From Vibrio vulnificus CMCP6 (GTDB taxonomy: Bacteria > Pseudomonadota > Gammaproteobacteria > Enterobacterales > Vibrionaceae): a DNA stretch of 32,000 nucleotides. The notes under the pieces were generated by a model. That model was not told where the DNA came from. It did no database searches and saw only the letters and a list, made by a program, of their open reading frames with translations. Positions 17,772-26,298 of the stretch are shown one piece after another. The position numbers and the translations under genes were made by a program. The DNA lies in assembly GCF_000039765.1 (NCBI RefSeq), contig NC_004459.3:3046104-3078103 (forward strand), given 5' to 3'. Position 1 is the stretch's first letter, and each line of letters opens with the position of its first letter.

Positions 17772-19232
17772 ATGAAGCGAGAACAATGGGGATCCCGAGC
17801 AGGATTCATTTTAGCGGCCGTCGGTTCAGCGATCGGTTTAGGCAATATTTGGCGTTTCCCATATATGGCTTATGAGAACGGTGGCGGCGCATTTTTTATT
17901 CCTTACCTTTTTGCCATGATCACCGCTGGTATTCCCTTTATGATCCTAGAGTTTAGTATGGGACAAAAATACCGCGGCTCAGCACCAGCAACTTTGGGTA
18001 AAATCCACCCTAAATTTGAATGGCTAGGTTGGTTCCAAGTTGGCGTAGCGGCCGTTATTGCGGTGTACTACGTCGCCGTTATTGGCTGGGCAATCTCCTA
18101 CTTTGGTATGTCATTTACACAAAGTTGGGGAAGCGATACCAACGCCTTTTTCTTCAGCGAATATCTGGCACTTGGCGATAACTCACCAACCAATCTAGGT
18201 TCCATTCAATGGAAAATTGCTTTGGCGATGCTGATTGCGTGGGGGATTACCTATGCCGCTATCGTCGGTGGCGTAAAATCCGGTATTGAGCGCGCATCGA
18301 AGATCATGATGCCGATTCTTTTCATCATGGTACTGCTGCTGATTGGTCGTATGATCTTCTTACCCGGAGCTTTGGATGGTGTGAACTACATGTTCGAGCC
18401 AGACTTTAGCAAGATTTGGGACGTTAAAGTATGGGCAGCAGCCTACGGGCAGATCTTCTTTACCCTCAGTATTGGTTTCGCCATCATGCTGGCTTATTCC
18501 AGCTATCTACCTGAGAAATCGGACATCACAAATAACGCTTTCATGACCGTATTAATCAACTGTGGTTTCTCGATTCTTGCGGGCATTATGATTTTCTCGG
18601 TACTGGGCTATATGGCGCAAGAACAAGGCAAACCGATCACGGAAGTGGTGTCTGCTGGTGTGGGCCTCGCATTTGTTACGATCCCGGCAGCCATTAACTT
18701 GTTACCCGCTCCTTACATCCTTGGTCCATTATTCTTCTTAGCATTGGTGGTGGCAGGTCTAAGCTCGCACATTTCAATCATGGAAGCGGTCACTTCTGCG
18801 CTTATCGACAAGCTAAACTGGAGCCGTAAAAAAGCGGCCACTATTGTCATCGGTAGTGGACTGGTTGTCTCTATGGCATTTGCAACCAACGGTGGTTTGT
18901 TACTGCTCGATCTCGTTGATCACTTTGCAAACAACGTCGGTATCATGGCCGGTGGTTTAGTTGAAATCGTACTAATGGCATGGCTGCTCAACAAAGTGGC
19001 CGATGTTCGCGAATACGTGAACAAGATTTCCGATTTCACGATTGGTACTTGGTTCGATGTTTGCCTGAAATTCATTACCCCAGCGGTTCTTGCTGTGATT
19101 CTAGCCACCAAGCTGATGACGCTGTTTACCGAAGGCTACGGTGGTTATGACTTGACGCTTGGCTGGGCAATTATCGCAGCGCTGTTTGTGATGGGCTTTG
19201 TTATCAACGCAACAAATCGTAAGGAAGCATAA
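17772..19232 (+). CDS. Neurotransmitter:sodium symporter (NSS/SNF) family transporter
   Basis: 486 aa. It has the hallmark N-terminus REQWGSRAGFILAAVGSAIGLGNIWRFPY and about 11-12 hydrophobic helices. The SD AAAGGAG lies 6 nt upstream. Confidence 0.9.
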   Translation: MKREQWGSRAGFILAAVGSAIGLGNIWRFPYMAYENGGGAFFIPYLFAMITAGIPFMILEFSMGQKYRGSAPATLGKIHPKFEWLGWFQVGVAAVIAVYYVAVIGWAISYFGMSFTQSWGSDTNAFFFSEYLALGDNSPTNLGSIQWKIALAMLIAWGITYAAIVGGVKSGIERASKIMMPILFIMVLLLIGRMIFLPGALDGVNYMFEPDFSKIWDVKVWAAAYGQIFFTLSIGFAIMLAYSSYLPEKSDITNNAFMTVLINCGFSILAGIMIFSVLGYMAQEQGKPITEVVSAGVGLAFVTIPAAINLLPAPYILGPLFFLALVVAGLSSHISIMEAVTSALIDKLNWSRKKAATIVIGSGLVVSMAFATNGGLLLLDLVDHFANNVGIMAGGLVEIVLMAWLLNKVADVREYVNKISDFTIGTWFDVCLKFITPAVLAVILATKLMTLFTEGYGGYDLTLGWAIIAALFVMGFVINATNRKEA

Positions 19233-19234
19233 TT

Positions 19235-19330
19235 ATGGCAACGAGCGCAATTATCATGATGCTGATTGGTCTTGGCATTACCTGGGGTGGTGCAGCCATC
19301 TGTATTAAACGAGCAATGGACAAACAATAA
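19235..19330 (+). CDS. NSS-transporter small subunit (MetS-like), 31 aa
   Basis: Not in the track. The ATG lies 2 nt after the transporter stop and opens MATSAIIMMLIGLGITWGGAAICIKRAMDKQ, one TM helix plus a basic tail. This looks like the small subunit that accompanies MetP-type NSS importers, as I recall from the Corynebacterium MetPS description. Confidence 0.6.
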   Translation: MATSAIIMMLIGLGITWGGAAICIKRAMDKQ

Positions 19331-19366
19331 CTTGTCTCTTATTTCTCGATAATAGTGCACATAAAT

Positions 19367-19390
19367 GAAAACCGGCTTAAGCCGGTTTTC
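19367..19390. terminator. Bidirectional terminator between the convergent NSS operon and small OMP gene
   Basis: GAAAACCGGC-ttaa-GCCGGTTTTC is a perfect 10-bp stem, with U-rich tracts on both strands (TTTTCTTGT on plus, TTTTCATTT on minus). Confidence 0.85.
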
Positions 19391-19397
19391 TTGTCTT

Positions 19398-19799
19398 CTA
19401 AAACTGATATTTAATGCCTACCGCACCGCCAAGCTGCAGTTCTGCACCTTTATATAAACTGAGCTCTGGTTGTATTTGACCATACAGGTCCCACCCGTGG
19501 GTGAGATCCCAATTGAGTCCCAACGGTACGCGAAAGCCAAAGTCATCATTCCACTCAGCCCACCCACCTACGCCAACATACCAAGTCACAGGGATATCTT
19601 GATTAAACGTGCCTTTTTTGGCGAGGTAATCAAATGCTAAACCATCATTACCAATCACCCCTCGGTACTGGTGATTCAATTCAATCACGACACTTAACTG
19701 CTGGTCCACTGCCATACCGACAGCAAGGTCGGTCTTTTGTTCTGCAGCTAGAGTAGCGAAAGGAAATAAACAAAGAGAAGCCACTAACCACTTTTTCAT
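19398..19799 (-). CDS. Small secreted or outer-membrane beta-barrel-like protein
   Basis: 133 aa. Signal peptide MKKWLVASLCLFPFATLA|AEQ. The mature part is Gly/aromatic-rich with amphipathic strands and ends in a C-terminal Phe (GIKYQF). The SD AGGA lies 7 nt upstream. I do not recognise the family. Confidence 0.6.
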   Translation of the reverse strand: MKKWLVASLCLFPFATLAAEQKTDLAVGMAVDQQLSVVIELNHQYRGVIGNDGLAFDYLAKKGTFNQDIPVTWYVGVGGWAEWNDDFGFRVPLGLNWDLTHGWDLYGQIQPELSLYKGAELQLGGAVGIKYQF

Positions 19800-20116
19800 C
19801 TAAACGTCCTATTAATAAAAAACAAAAGCTGTAAACATCGTCACAAGCTCAGGTTTTGCATTGCTCTGTAATATCAGTGATGCAATTTTGTCCGCATAGC
19901 CATATCGCCATGTCAGCCAACGGTTAGCCCTACGATAATTCGTTGCAAATGAGGTGGTGAAGATTCAGGGAAAGAGGTACCCAAATGACTTGGGTTGCTG
20001 GTAAACGGCAAATGAATGAATCCCCTTGAGTACAGATACACGATGTGAGGGTGCCTGGCAGGCGACTCAGTGAACAAACGTAGCCTGATCACTGCAGCTT
20101 CAAGTAGGAAAGGTAC

Positions 20117-20146
20117 AATAAAAAAAGGAGGCCTCAGCCTCCTTTT
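20117..20146 (-). terminator. Rho-independent terminator downstream of ptsG
   Basis: The minus strand reads AAGGAGGC-tgag-GCCTCCTT followed by TTTTTTTATT, about 25 nt after the ptsG stop. The plus strand has only TTTTG after the hairpin. Confidence 0.88.
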
Positions 20147-20168
20147 GTCAATCAATGAGTGTTAGGGA

Positions 20169-21599
20169 TTAACCGTGGTTACGGATCCACTCATCCATTT
20201 CAGTTTTTAGGTTGTCAGATTTAGTACCGAAGATAGCTTGAACACCACCAGCAACGACAACAACACCTGCTGCACCTAGCTTCTTCAATTTATCTTGGTC
20301 TACTGCTGCTGTGTCAGCAACAGCCACACGTAGACGTGTGATACATGCATCTAGACCTGTGATGTTTGCTTTACCGCCGAACGCAGCAACCAATTCACCA
20401 GCAAGGTCTGAGCCAGAAGTTGCAGTTGCTTCTTCCGTTTCATCTTCACGACCTGGAGTCTTAAGATCCATCGCTTGAATAACGAAGCGGAATACTACGT
20501 AGTAGATAGCTGCGTAAACTAGACCAACACCAATCATCAGACCCATCTTCTGCGCGTTACCAGATAGAACTAGGAAGTCGATCAGACCGTGAGAGAATGA
20601 AGTACCGTGTACAAAACCTAGAGTGTTAGCAACAACGTATGCAGAACCCGCTAGTAGAGCGTGGATACCGTAAAGTACAGGAGCAACGAATAGGAATGAG
20701 AATTCGATTGGCTCAGTAATACCGGTTAGGAATGAAGTCAGAGCTGCTGACGCCATGATACCCATTACTTTCGCGCGGTTCTCTGGCTTAGCACAGTGTG
20801 CGATAGCGATCGCTGCTGCAGGTAGACCAAACATCTTGAACATGTAACCGCCCGCTAGCTGACCGAAGCCATTGCCCGCAGCACGAGAAGCTTCATCTGC
20901 AACTAGGTAACACGTTAGAACACCATTTTGAGCTTCGCCTGCAGCGTTCACACAGCTACCCGCTTCGAAGAAGAATGGTACGTTCCACACGTGGTGTAGA
21001 CCGAATGGGATAAGAGAACGTTCAACAATACCGTAGATACCGAATGCAACTTGTGGGTTCTGATGAGCAGCCCAATCAGAGAAAGAAGCAATAGCACCAC
21101 CGATTGGAGGCCATACGATGGATAGTAGGATACCAAGAGCGATAGCCGTGAAACCAGTGATGATTGGCACAGCACGCTTACCAGCAAAGAAGCCTAGGTA
21201 TTCTGGTAGTTGAATCTTGAAGAAACGGTTGAATGCCCAAGCAGCAACACCACCGACTAGGATACCACCAAGGACACCTGTGTCGATTTTTTCAACGCCC
21301 ATTACGCCAGCCATAACTGCAAGTGTTGCTGTCATGATGCCGTAACCAACGATCGCAGCTAGACCTGCTACGCCGTCATTATTTGTAAAGCCAAGTGCAA
21401 CACCTACAGCAAATAGTAGTGCCATTTGACCAAATACAGAACCACCCGCCTGCTCCATCAGATTTGATAAGATATCTGGAATGAAGCTAAGGTCGGCAGC
21501 ACCCACACCTAGTAGAATACCCGCAACTGGTAAAACTGATACTGGTAGCATCAGCGCTTTACCAACTTTTTGCAGGTTAGCAAAAAGGTTCTTAAACAT
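20169..21599 (-). CDS. ptsG: PTS glucose-specific EIICB component
   Basis: [33 protein letters not shown] is close to my recollection of the E. coli PtsG N-terminus. The EIIB motif is ACITRLR. The track start (21692) adds 31 aa. The ATG at 21599 has AGGAG upstream and gives 476 aa. Confidence 0.95.
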   Translation of the reverse strand: MFKNLFANLQKVGKALMLPVSVLPVAGILLGVGAADLSFIPDILSNLMEQAGGSVFGQMALLFAVGVALGFTNNDGVAGLAAIVGYGIMTATLAVMAGVMGVEKIDTGVLGGILVGGVAAWAFNRFFKIQLPEYLGFFAGKRAVPIITGFTAIALGILLSIVWPPIGGAIASFSDWAAHQNPQVAFGIYGIVERSLIPFGLHHVWNVPFFFEAGSCVNAAGEAQNGVLTCYLVADEASRAAGNGFGQLAGGYMFKMFGLPAAAIAIAHCAKPENRAKVMGIMASAALTSFLTGITEPIEFSFLFVAPVLYGIHALLAGSAYVVANTLGFVHGTSFSHGLIDFLVLSGNAQKMGLMIGVGLVYAAIYYVVFRFVIQAMDLKTPGREDETEEATATSGSDLAGELVAAFGGKANITGLDACITRLRVAVADTAAVDQDKLKKLGAAGVVVVAGGVQAIFGTKSDNLKTEMDEWIRNHG

Positions 21600-21994
21600 G
21601 TTTATGCTCCTGATTAATTTATTAGTATTTTGGGTTCTAACGGCACACCCCCGTAGCCTAAATGTTAGCACCCTATGAAAATGTAACCACATGTTGCATT
21701 ATATTTTCCGCCTCTAAATATATCTTGATGCCCCTCAAACTTTCTACAGAGTTACGAAAATTAGTTTCAAAACAAGTCACGGATCACACACAAATAAGCC
21801 TATCAATAGGCTCACATCAGATCATATATCATTGTTTTATATGAATTATTTTAATAACACTATTAATTTCGATGGGTAAATAAAATTGATTGCAATGTTA
21901 TTTTTAGTAACAAAATTACATTTGATTAAATTTCGACAATTTCAATCAACAGATTTAGTTAACAAGAAAAATTAATTTACTTTATGGGGTTAAA

Positions 21995-22026
21995 AATAAA
22001 AAAAGAGAGCATTTGCTCTCTTTTTA
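21995..22026 (-). terminator. Rho-independent terminator downstream of ycfH
   Basis: The minus strand reads AGAGAGCA-aa-TGCTCTCT followed by TTTTTTTATTTTT, about 20 nt after the ycfH stop. Confidence 0.8.
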
Positions 22027-22042
22027 ATCAATATTTCTTTTT

Positions 22043-22810
22043 CTATCGCAAAAAAAGATTTTTAAAGTTTTGGGTGGTTTTTTCACCAACACTTGCTAAG
22101 GAAATGTTTTTAAGCTGTGCGATATATGCAGCAACTTCGATAACATAGGCGGGTTGATTCTCTTTGCCCCTATGAGGTACAGGTGCCAAGTACGGAGAAT
22201 CGGTTTCGATCAACAACCGTTCCAAAGGAATGTGTTTTACAACCTCTTTAAGCTCCGTTGCTTGTCTGAACGTGACATTTCCAGAGATAGAGATGTAAAA
22301 ACCGAGCGCCATTGCCGCTTCAGCAAAAGCAAGATCTTCGGTAAAACAGTGAATCACGCCACCGCATTTGTCTGCCCCCCCATTGCGAAGAATGGCTAAG
22401 GTATCTTCTCTCGCTTGCCTCGTATGGATAATCAGTGGCTTATTCAGCTCAACCGCGAGTGCAACTTGCTGTTCAAAACGTTCACGCTGCAATGCTTGCG
22501 TCTCTGGCTTATAGTGATAATCAAGACCCGTTTCACCAATAGCCACAACTTTAGAATGCGAGGCATAGGCTTTCATTTTGTCCAAGCAAAAGGGACTTTC
22601 CACGTCTAATGGGTGCACTCCACAAGAGGCGTGTACGTTGTCAAAAGGCTCAATGAGCTCAAGCATTTTTGGAAAAGAATCCAATGTCACACCGACAGAC
22701 AGCAATTGCTCCACATTTACCTGCTTGGCTTTGTTGATCACGTCAGCAACATCTATGTGCAGATCATCGTAATTCAATTTGTCTAGGTGACAATGAGAAT
22801 CTACAAACAT
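22043..22810 (-). CDS. ycfH: TatD-family metal-dependent hydrolase YcfH
   Basis: 255 aa. It has MFVDSHCHLD, an internal HTR motif and ETDSPYL, the TatD/YcfH signatures. It follows holB as in E. coli. Confidence 0.88.
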   Translation of the reverse strand: MFVDSHCHLDKLNYDDLHIDVADVINKAKQVNVEQLLSVGVTLDSFPKMLELIEPFDNVHASCGVHPLDVESPFCLDKMKAYASHSKVVAIGETGLDYHYKPETQALQRERFEQQVALAVELNKPLIIHTRQAREDTLAILRNGGADKCGGVIHCFTEDLAFAEAAMALGFYISISGNVTFRQATELKEVVKHIPLERLLIETDSPYLAPVPHRGKENQPAYVIEVAAYIAQLKNISLASVGEKTTQNFKNLFLR

Positions 22811-23757
22811 AATGCCTCTCTAGTTTCGATTAACCAGTTGATGATCATCAGTTCTTCGTTTAAACCCGAAAACTGATGTAACTGTTGATTTAATTGATTG
22901 AGTTTTACCATTGAGGTCTGTAATCCGCTCAAAGGCAGTTGCCCTAGCGCGTGACTACCTTGCAATGTTTCTTCATTTTGCAAGCCAAAATGAACCTTCT
23001 GCGCATCAGAAAGCAGTAACCACAACCACGAGAGATTACGTAACGTCGCGGCTTGAACTGTCTGACACAGTGACACGTAGTCAGAATCCGCCTGAATTAA
23101 GAAATCCACAAACTGTCTTTCGAGTTTTTCATAGTGTTGAAACTCTGATTCTTTTGCCATGTGCATTGCCGTCACGGGCGAGTAATGAGCCAGTTTCAGA
23201 AAGGACTCATTCACGCTAACCCCTTGTTGTTGCAACCATTGCATAGACACCGAGACCTCAGGAGGCGTTATGCTCCACTGTTGACAACGGCTGATGATAG
23301 TGGGCAACAACCGTTTCTTATCGTGGCAAATCAACAAAAATAGGCAGCTCCCAGACGGCTCTTCCAATGTTTTCAACAACGCATTTGAAGCCGATTCGTT
23401 CATCGCCTCCGCAGGTTCGATAACAAACAAACGATATCCGCCCATTTGAGAAGATTCTTGTGCCTGACGGTTACATTGGCGTATCTGCTCAACAGTAATA
23501 GCCTTGCCTTCTTTCTCTGGCCTAATGAAATGAAGATCAGGATGGTTTTGCGACTTTAACAGCTCGCAACTATGGCAAAAGCCACAACCCTCATCAGGGT
23601 AAGTCTTACACAGTAAAGCCGCCGAAAACTTTTCGATAAGCTCGTCAACACCGAGCTCAACGTCAGATTGCAACAAGATGGCACCAGGTAACCGCTGTGC
23701 CGACATGGCGGACTGCAGCCCTTGCCATGTCGATGCTAACCAAGGATAGTGTGTCAA
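22801..23757 (-). CDS. holB: DNA polymerase III delta' subunit
   Basis: 318 aa. It has (M)THYPWL, C-x-x-C-x-x-C (CGFCHSCELL), NALLKTLEEP and SRC. The TTG start lies 4 nt after the tmk stop and matches the E. coli N-terminal register MRWYPWL. The 3' end overlaps the ycfH start by 10 nt. Confidence 0.88.
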   Translation of the reverse strand: MTHYPWLASTWQGLQSAMSAQRLPGAILLQSDVELGVDELIEKFSAALLCKTYPDEGCGFCHSCELLKSQNHPDLHFIRPEKEGKAITVEQIRQCNRQAQESSQMGGYRLFVIEPAEAMNESASNALLKTLEEPSGSCLFLLICHDKKRLLPTIISRCQQWSITPPEVSVSMQWLQQQGVSVNESFLKLAHYSPVTAMHMAKESEFQHYEKLERQFVDFLIQADSDYVSLCQTVQAATLRNLSWLWLLLSDAQKVHFGLQNEETLQGSHALGQLPLSGLQTSMVKLNQLNQQLHQFSGLNEELMIINWLIETREALCL

Positions 23758-23761
23758 AACC

Positions 23762-24400
23762 TTAATCCTGTAACTGTTCTAGCCAAAGGTTGAGCGCAGA
23801 TCGAATGTCGTTCGCGACCTGCTCAATGCTTTGCTCTGCGTTAATCGTAACGATAGACGCATCGCTCTTCGCTAACTCCAAATAACGCTGACGTGTTCTT
23901 TCGAAAAAGCTGATGTCCATTTTTTCGATGCGATCGAGCTCTCCTCGCCCTCTCGCTCTCTCCAAGCCCACTTTAGGATCGATATCCATATACAGAGTAA
24001 AGGCTGGCTTAAACTCTCCTAATGCCGTGTCACGAAGATTTTTCATTAGTGTCGCATCAATTTGACGACCACCGCCTTGGTACGCTTGGGAAGAGAGATC
24101 ATGACGATCACCCACCACCCACTTTCCTTCGTGTAGCGCAGGTTTAATGACATTCTCAACTAACTGAACTCGTGCCGCGTAGAGCAGTAGCAGCTCCGTC
24201 ATGTCATGCAAATGCTCGCCAGGATGCTCTTCCTTCACCAGAGCTCGCATCTTTTCCGCCAAAGGTGTGCCACCCGGTTCACGCGTTTGTGCAATCTCAT
24301 TAATCCCTGCTTGGCGTAATGTGTCCAAAACCGTTTGAATTGCCGTGCTTTTCCCAGCGCCTTCTAAACCTTCAATGACGATAAATTTTGCTTGCTTCAT
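23762..24400 (-). CDS. tmk: Thymidylate kinase
   Basis: 212 aa. [14 protein letters not shown] carries the P-loop, and DRH and the lid region are present. Its ATG overlaps the mltG stop (ATGA). Confidence 0.94.
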   Translation of the reverse strand: MKQAKFIVIEGLEGAGKSTAIQTVLDTLRQAGINEIAQTREPGGTPLAEKMRALVKEEHPGEHLHDMTELLLLYAARVQLVENVIKPALHEGKWVVGDRHDLSSQAYQGGGRQIDATLMKNLRDTALGEFKPAFTLYMDIDPKVGLERARGRGELDRIEKMDISFFERTRQRYLELAKSDASIVTINAEQSIEQVANDIRSALNLWLEQLQD

Positions 24401-25413
24401 CTTTTCTTCAATTCCCGCAGATATGCTCTTACTGCTCTATTATGTTCAGCTAATGTTTTTGAGAACACATGCCCACCCTTACCGCTAGCGACAAAGTAAA
24501 GATAGCTGCTGTTCTCTGGATTTAATGCGGCAGCGATAGAGGCTTCTCCCGCCATCGCAATCGGCGTCGGTGGCAATCCGTTAATCACGTAAGTATTGTA
24601 TGGCGTTGGCGTGCGTAGATCTTTCTTGCGAATGTTGCCATCGTAGGCCTCCCCCATGCCATAGATCACCGTAGGGTCCGTTTGCAAGCGCATTCGCTTA
24701 TTTAAGCGGTTCACAAATACAGACGCAACTCGCTCTCTTTCTTCATCAATAGCGGTTTCTTTCTCAATAATGGAAGCTAGAATTAGCGCTTCATAACTGT
24801 TTTTTAGCGGCAACTTATCTTGACGCTGCTGCCAATGTTTATCCAGCACTCGATTTAACTTCTCATGTGCGCGTTTGAGTAACTCAACATCAGAGGTGCC
24901 GTAGGTATAGTGATAGGTTTCCGCAAGAAAAAGGCCTTCAAGCTTTTCATAGGGAATCTCCAGTCGCTTGGCAATTTCTGCTTCGCTCAAACCTGCCAAT
25001 TCATGAACCAAATAAGGGTCTTGTGCCATCTGCACCATCCACTCTTGGAAACGACTTCCCTCGACAAATGTGATGGTAAATTGATGTTCTTTGCCAAGAT
25101 TGAACACTTCCAACGCTTGATAAAGCGACATCTCTGATTCGATTTGGTAGGTACCTGCTTTTATTCGAGTAATTTCTGGGTAGAGTTTGGGAATTAAGCG
25201 CGCCAGAGGTGTGGGTTCCTCAATCCAGCCTTTCTCTGTCAGAATGGCCAATGTGCGGCCAAAACCACTTCCTGAAGGAATGGTGATGATCTCACTGCCC
25301 TCGAGTTTGAGCGGTTGGTTAACGTAGGTTTTGGTTTGCGAATATGCCCAAAAAGTAGCAACGCCTATCATCAACGCGGCAATAAAGAGCAGCCCTATTA
25401 TTTTTTTTATCAC
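24397..25413 (-). CDS. mltG: Endolytic murein transglycosylase MltG (YceG)
   Basis: 338 aa. It has an N-terminal TM anchor and YceG-like motifs ([23 protein letters not shown]). The GTG start overlaps the pabC TGA (GTGA). Confidence 0.9.
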   Translation of the reverse strand: MIKKIIGLLFIAALMIGVATFWAYSQTKTYVNQPLKLEGSEIITIPSGSGFGRTLAILTEKGWIEEPTPLARLIPKLYPEITRIKAGTYQIESEMSLYQALEVFNLGKEHQFTITFVEGSRFQEWMVQMAQDPYLVHELAGLSEAEIAKRLEIPYEKLEGLFLAETYHYTYGTSDVELLKRAHEKLNRVLDKHWQQRQDKLPLKNSYEALILASIIEKETAIDEERERVASVFVNRLNKRMRLQTDPTVIYGMGEAYDGNIRKKDLRTPTPYNTYVINGLPPTPIAMAGEASIAAALNPENSSYLYFVASGKGGHVFSKTLAEHNRAVRAYLRELKKR

Positions 25414-26213
25414 GAGTTAAAAATTCCTTCAAAATATCGTGTTGTGGTACCAATTGGGTAACGGGTTTCGAGAATCTGATTGATAGGAGCAACACCCAGC
25501 AAAGAGTTGGTCATGAATACTTCCTCAGCCGCCAATAAAGAGGACAAGTCTGCTTTGATTTCCTGACACGCTATCGCACGACGTTGTGCTTCGCCCATCA
25601 CCAAGCGACGCATCACACCGGACACTCCACTCAAAGTGAGATCGGGAGTAAAAAGTACACCATTCTTAACCCAAAAAAGATTGGCTATTGTAGTTTCAAT
25701 CACATGGTTTTGCACATTAATCGTCACCCCATCTAGGTAACCCAACGCATCGAGTTCCCCTTTGCAAAGAACTTGCTCAAGACGATTATTATGCTTGTGT
25801 CCTGCAAGAATAGGATTGATACCGAGAGGTGTTTGACACACACCGAGCTCTACACCATGTTGTTGCCATTGGGAATAATGAACAGGATAGGAAAAACTCG
25901 AGATGGTAACATTTGGCGTAGCAACACCACTGGGGCTGTAACCGCGACCGCCTTCTCCGCGGCTAATGTGCAATTTCAACCCACCTCGTGCATCTGGTAA
26001 CGCGGCCTGGTGTAGCCACTGTTCAACCAATGCCCAATCAGGGAGAGGAATAGAAAGAACCTGTAAGCACGCTTCCATACGTTCAATATGTAATGGCCAA
26101 TGCTCGATTTGGCCATTCAATGTTTTCATGGTGGTAAAGCAGCCATCACCATACTGGAATGATCGGTCTGAGAGAGAAACTTCCGTTGCTACAACGCCAT
26201 TGACCCAATACAT
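25410..26213 (-). CDS. pabC: Aminodeoxychorismate lyase
   Basis: MYWVNGVVATEVSLSDRSFQYGDGCFTT aligns in register with my recollection of E. coli PabC (MFLINGHKQESLAVSDRATQFGDGCFTT). The track start (a TTG at 26276) would read through the fabF terminator hairpin. I start at the ATG at 26213, giving 267 aa. Confidence 0.85.
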   Translation of the reverse strand: MYWVNGVVATEVSLSDRSFQYGDGCFTTMKTLNGQIEHWPLHIERMEACLQVLSIPLPDWALVEQWLHQAALPDARGGLKLHISRGEGGRGYSPSGVATPNVTISSFSYPVHYSQWQQHGVELGVCQTPLGINPILAGHKHNNRLEQVLCKGELDALGYLDGVTINVQNHVIETTIANLFWVKNGVLFTPDLTLSGVSGVMRRLVMGEAQRRAIACQEIKADLSSLLAAEEVFMTNSLLGVAPINQILETRYPIGTTTRYFEGIFNS

Positions 26214-26228
26214 GCTATCTATATCCCA

Positions 26229-26268
26229 ATAAAAACAAAACGGCTTAATGCTAAGCATCAAGCCGTTT
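26229..26268 (-). terminator. Rho-independent terminator downstream of fabF
   Basis: The minus strand reads AAACGGCTT-g-ATGCT-t-AGCAT-t-AAGCCGTTT followed by TGTTTTTATT. This is a long interrupted hairpin about 30 nt after the fabF stop. Confidence 0.8.
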
Positions 26269-26298
26269 AAATACAAGTTTCAGAAACCTAAATGAGTG

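Noticed and set aside
20045-20116. Superficial resemblance to a TPP riboswitch (GGGTGCC ... GCCTGATCACTGCAGC ... GTAGGAAAG)
   Set aside because: The conserved CUGAGA element and the matching helices are absent. There is no thiamine gene downstream, and on the plus strand the element would face the end of ptsG. I also considered CsrB-like, 6S, SRP and RNase P RNAs; it has too few GGA motifs and no matching end-pairing.
19913-20155. 80-aa minus-strand ORF in the ptsG/OMP spacer
   Set aside because: Its TTG start lies inside the ptsG terminator stem and there is no Shine-Dalgarno. The composition is Pro/Arg/Ser/Leu-rich and low-complexity, with no recognisable motif. I treat the region as non-coding (see the finding on this spacer).
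21600-21692. N-terminal extensions of track ORFs: ptsG here, also ihfB 1016-1066, cmk 3727-3738, yciK 5102-5110, mlc 13562-13651, OMP 16643-16723, pabC 26214-26276 and plsX 31773-31808
   Set aside because: The extensions have no counterpart in the E. coli homologues as I recall them and lack an SD. In several cases they run through terminators or a neighbouring gene. The internal starts have proper SDs and restore the expected lengths.
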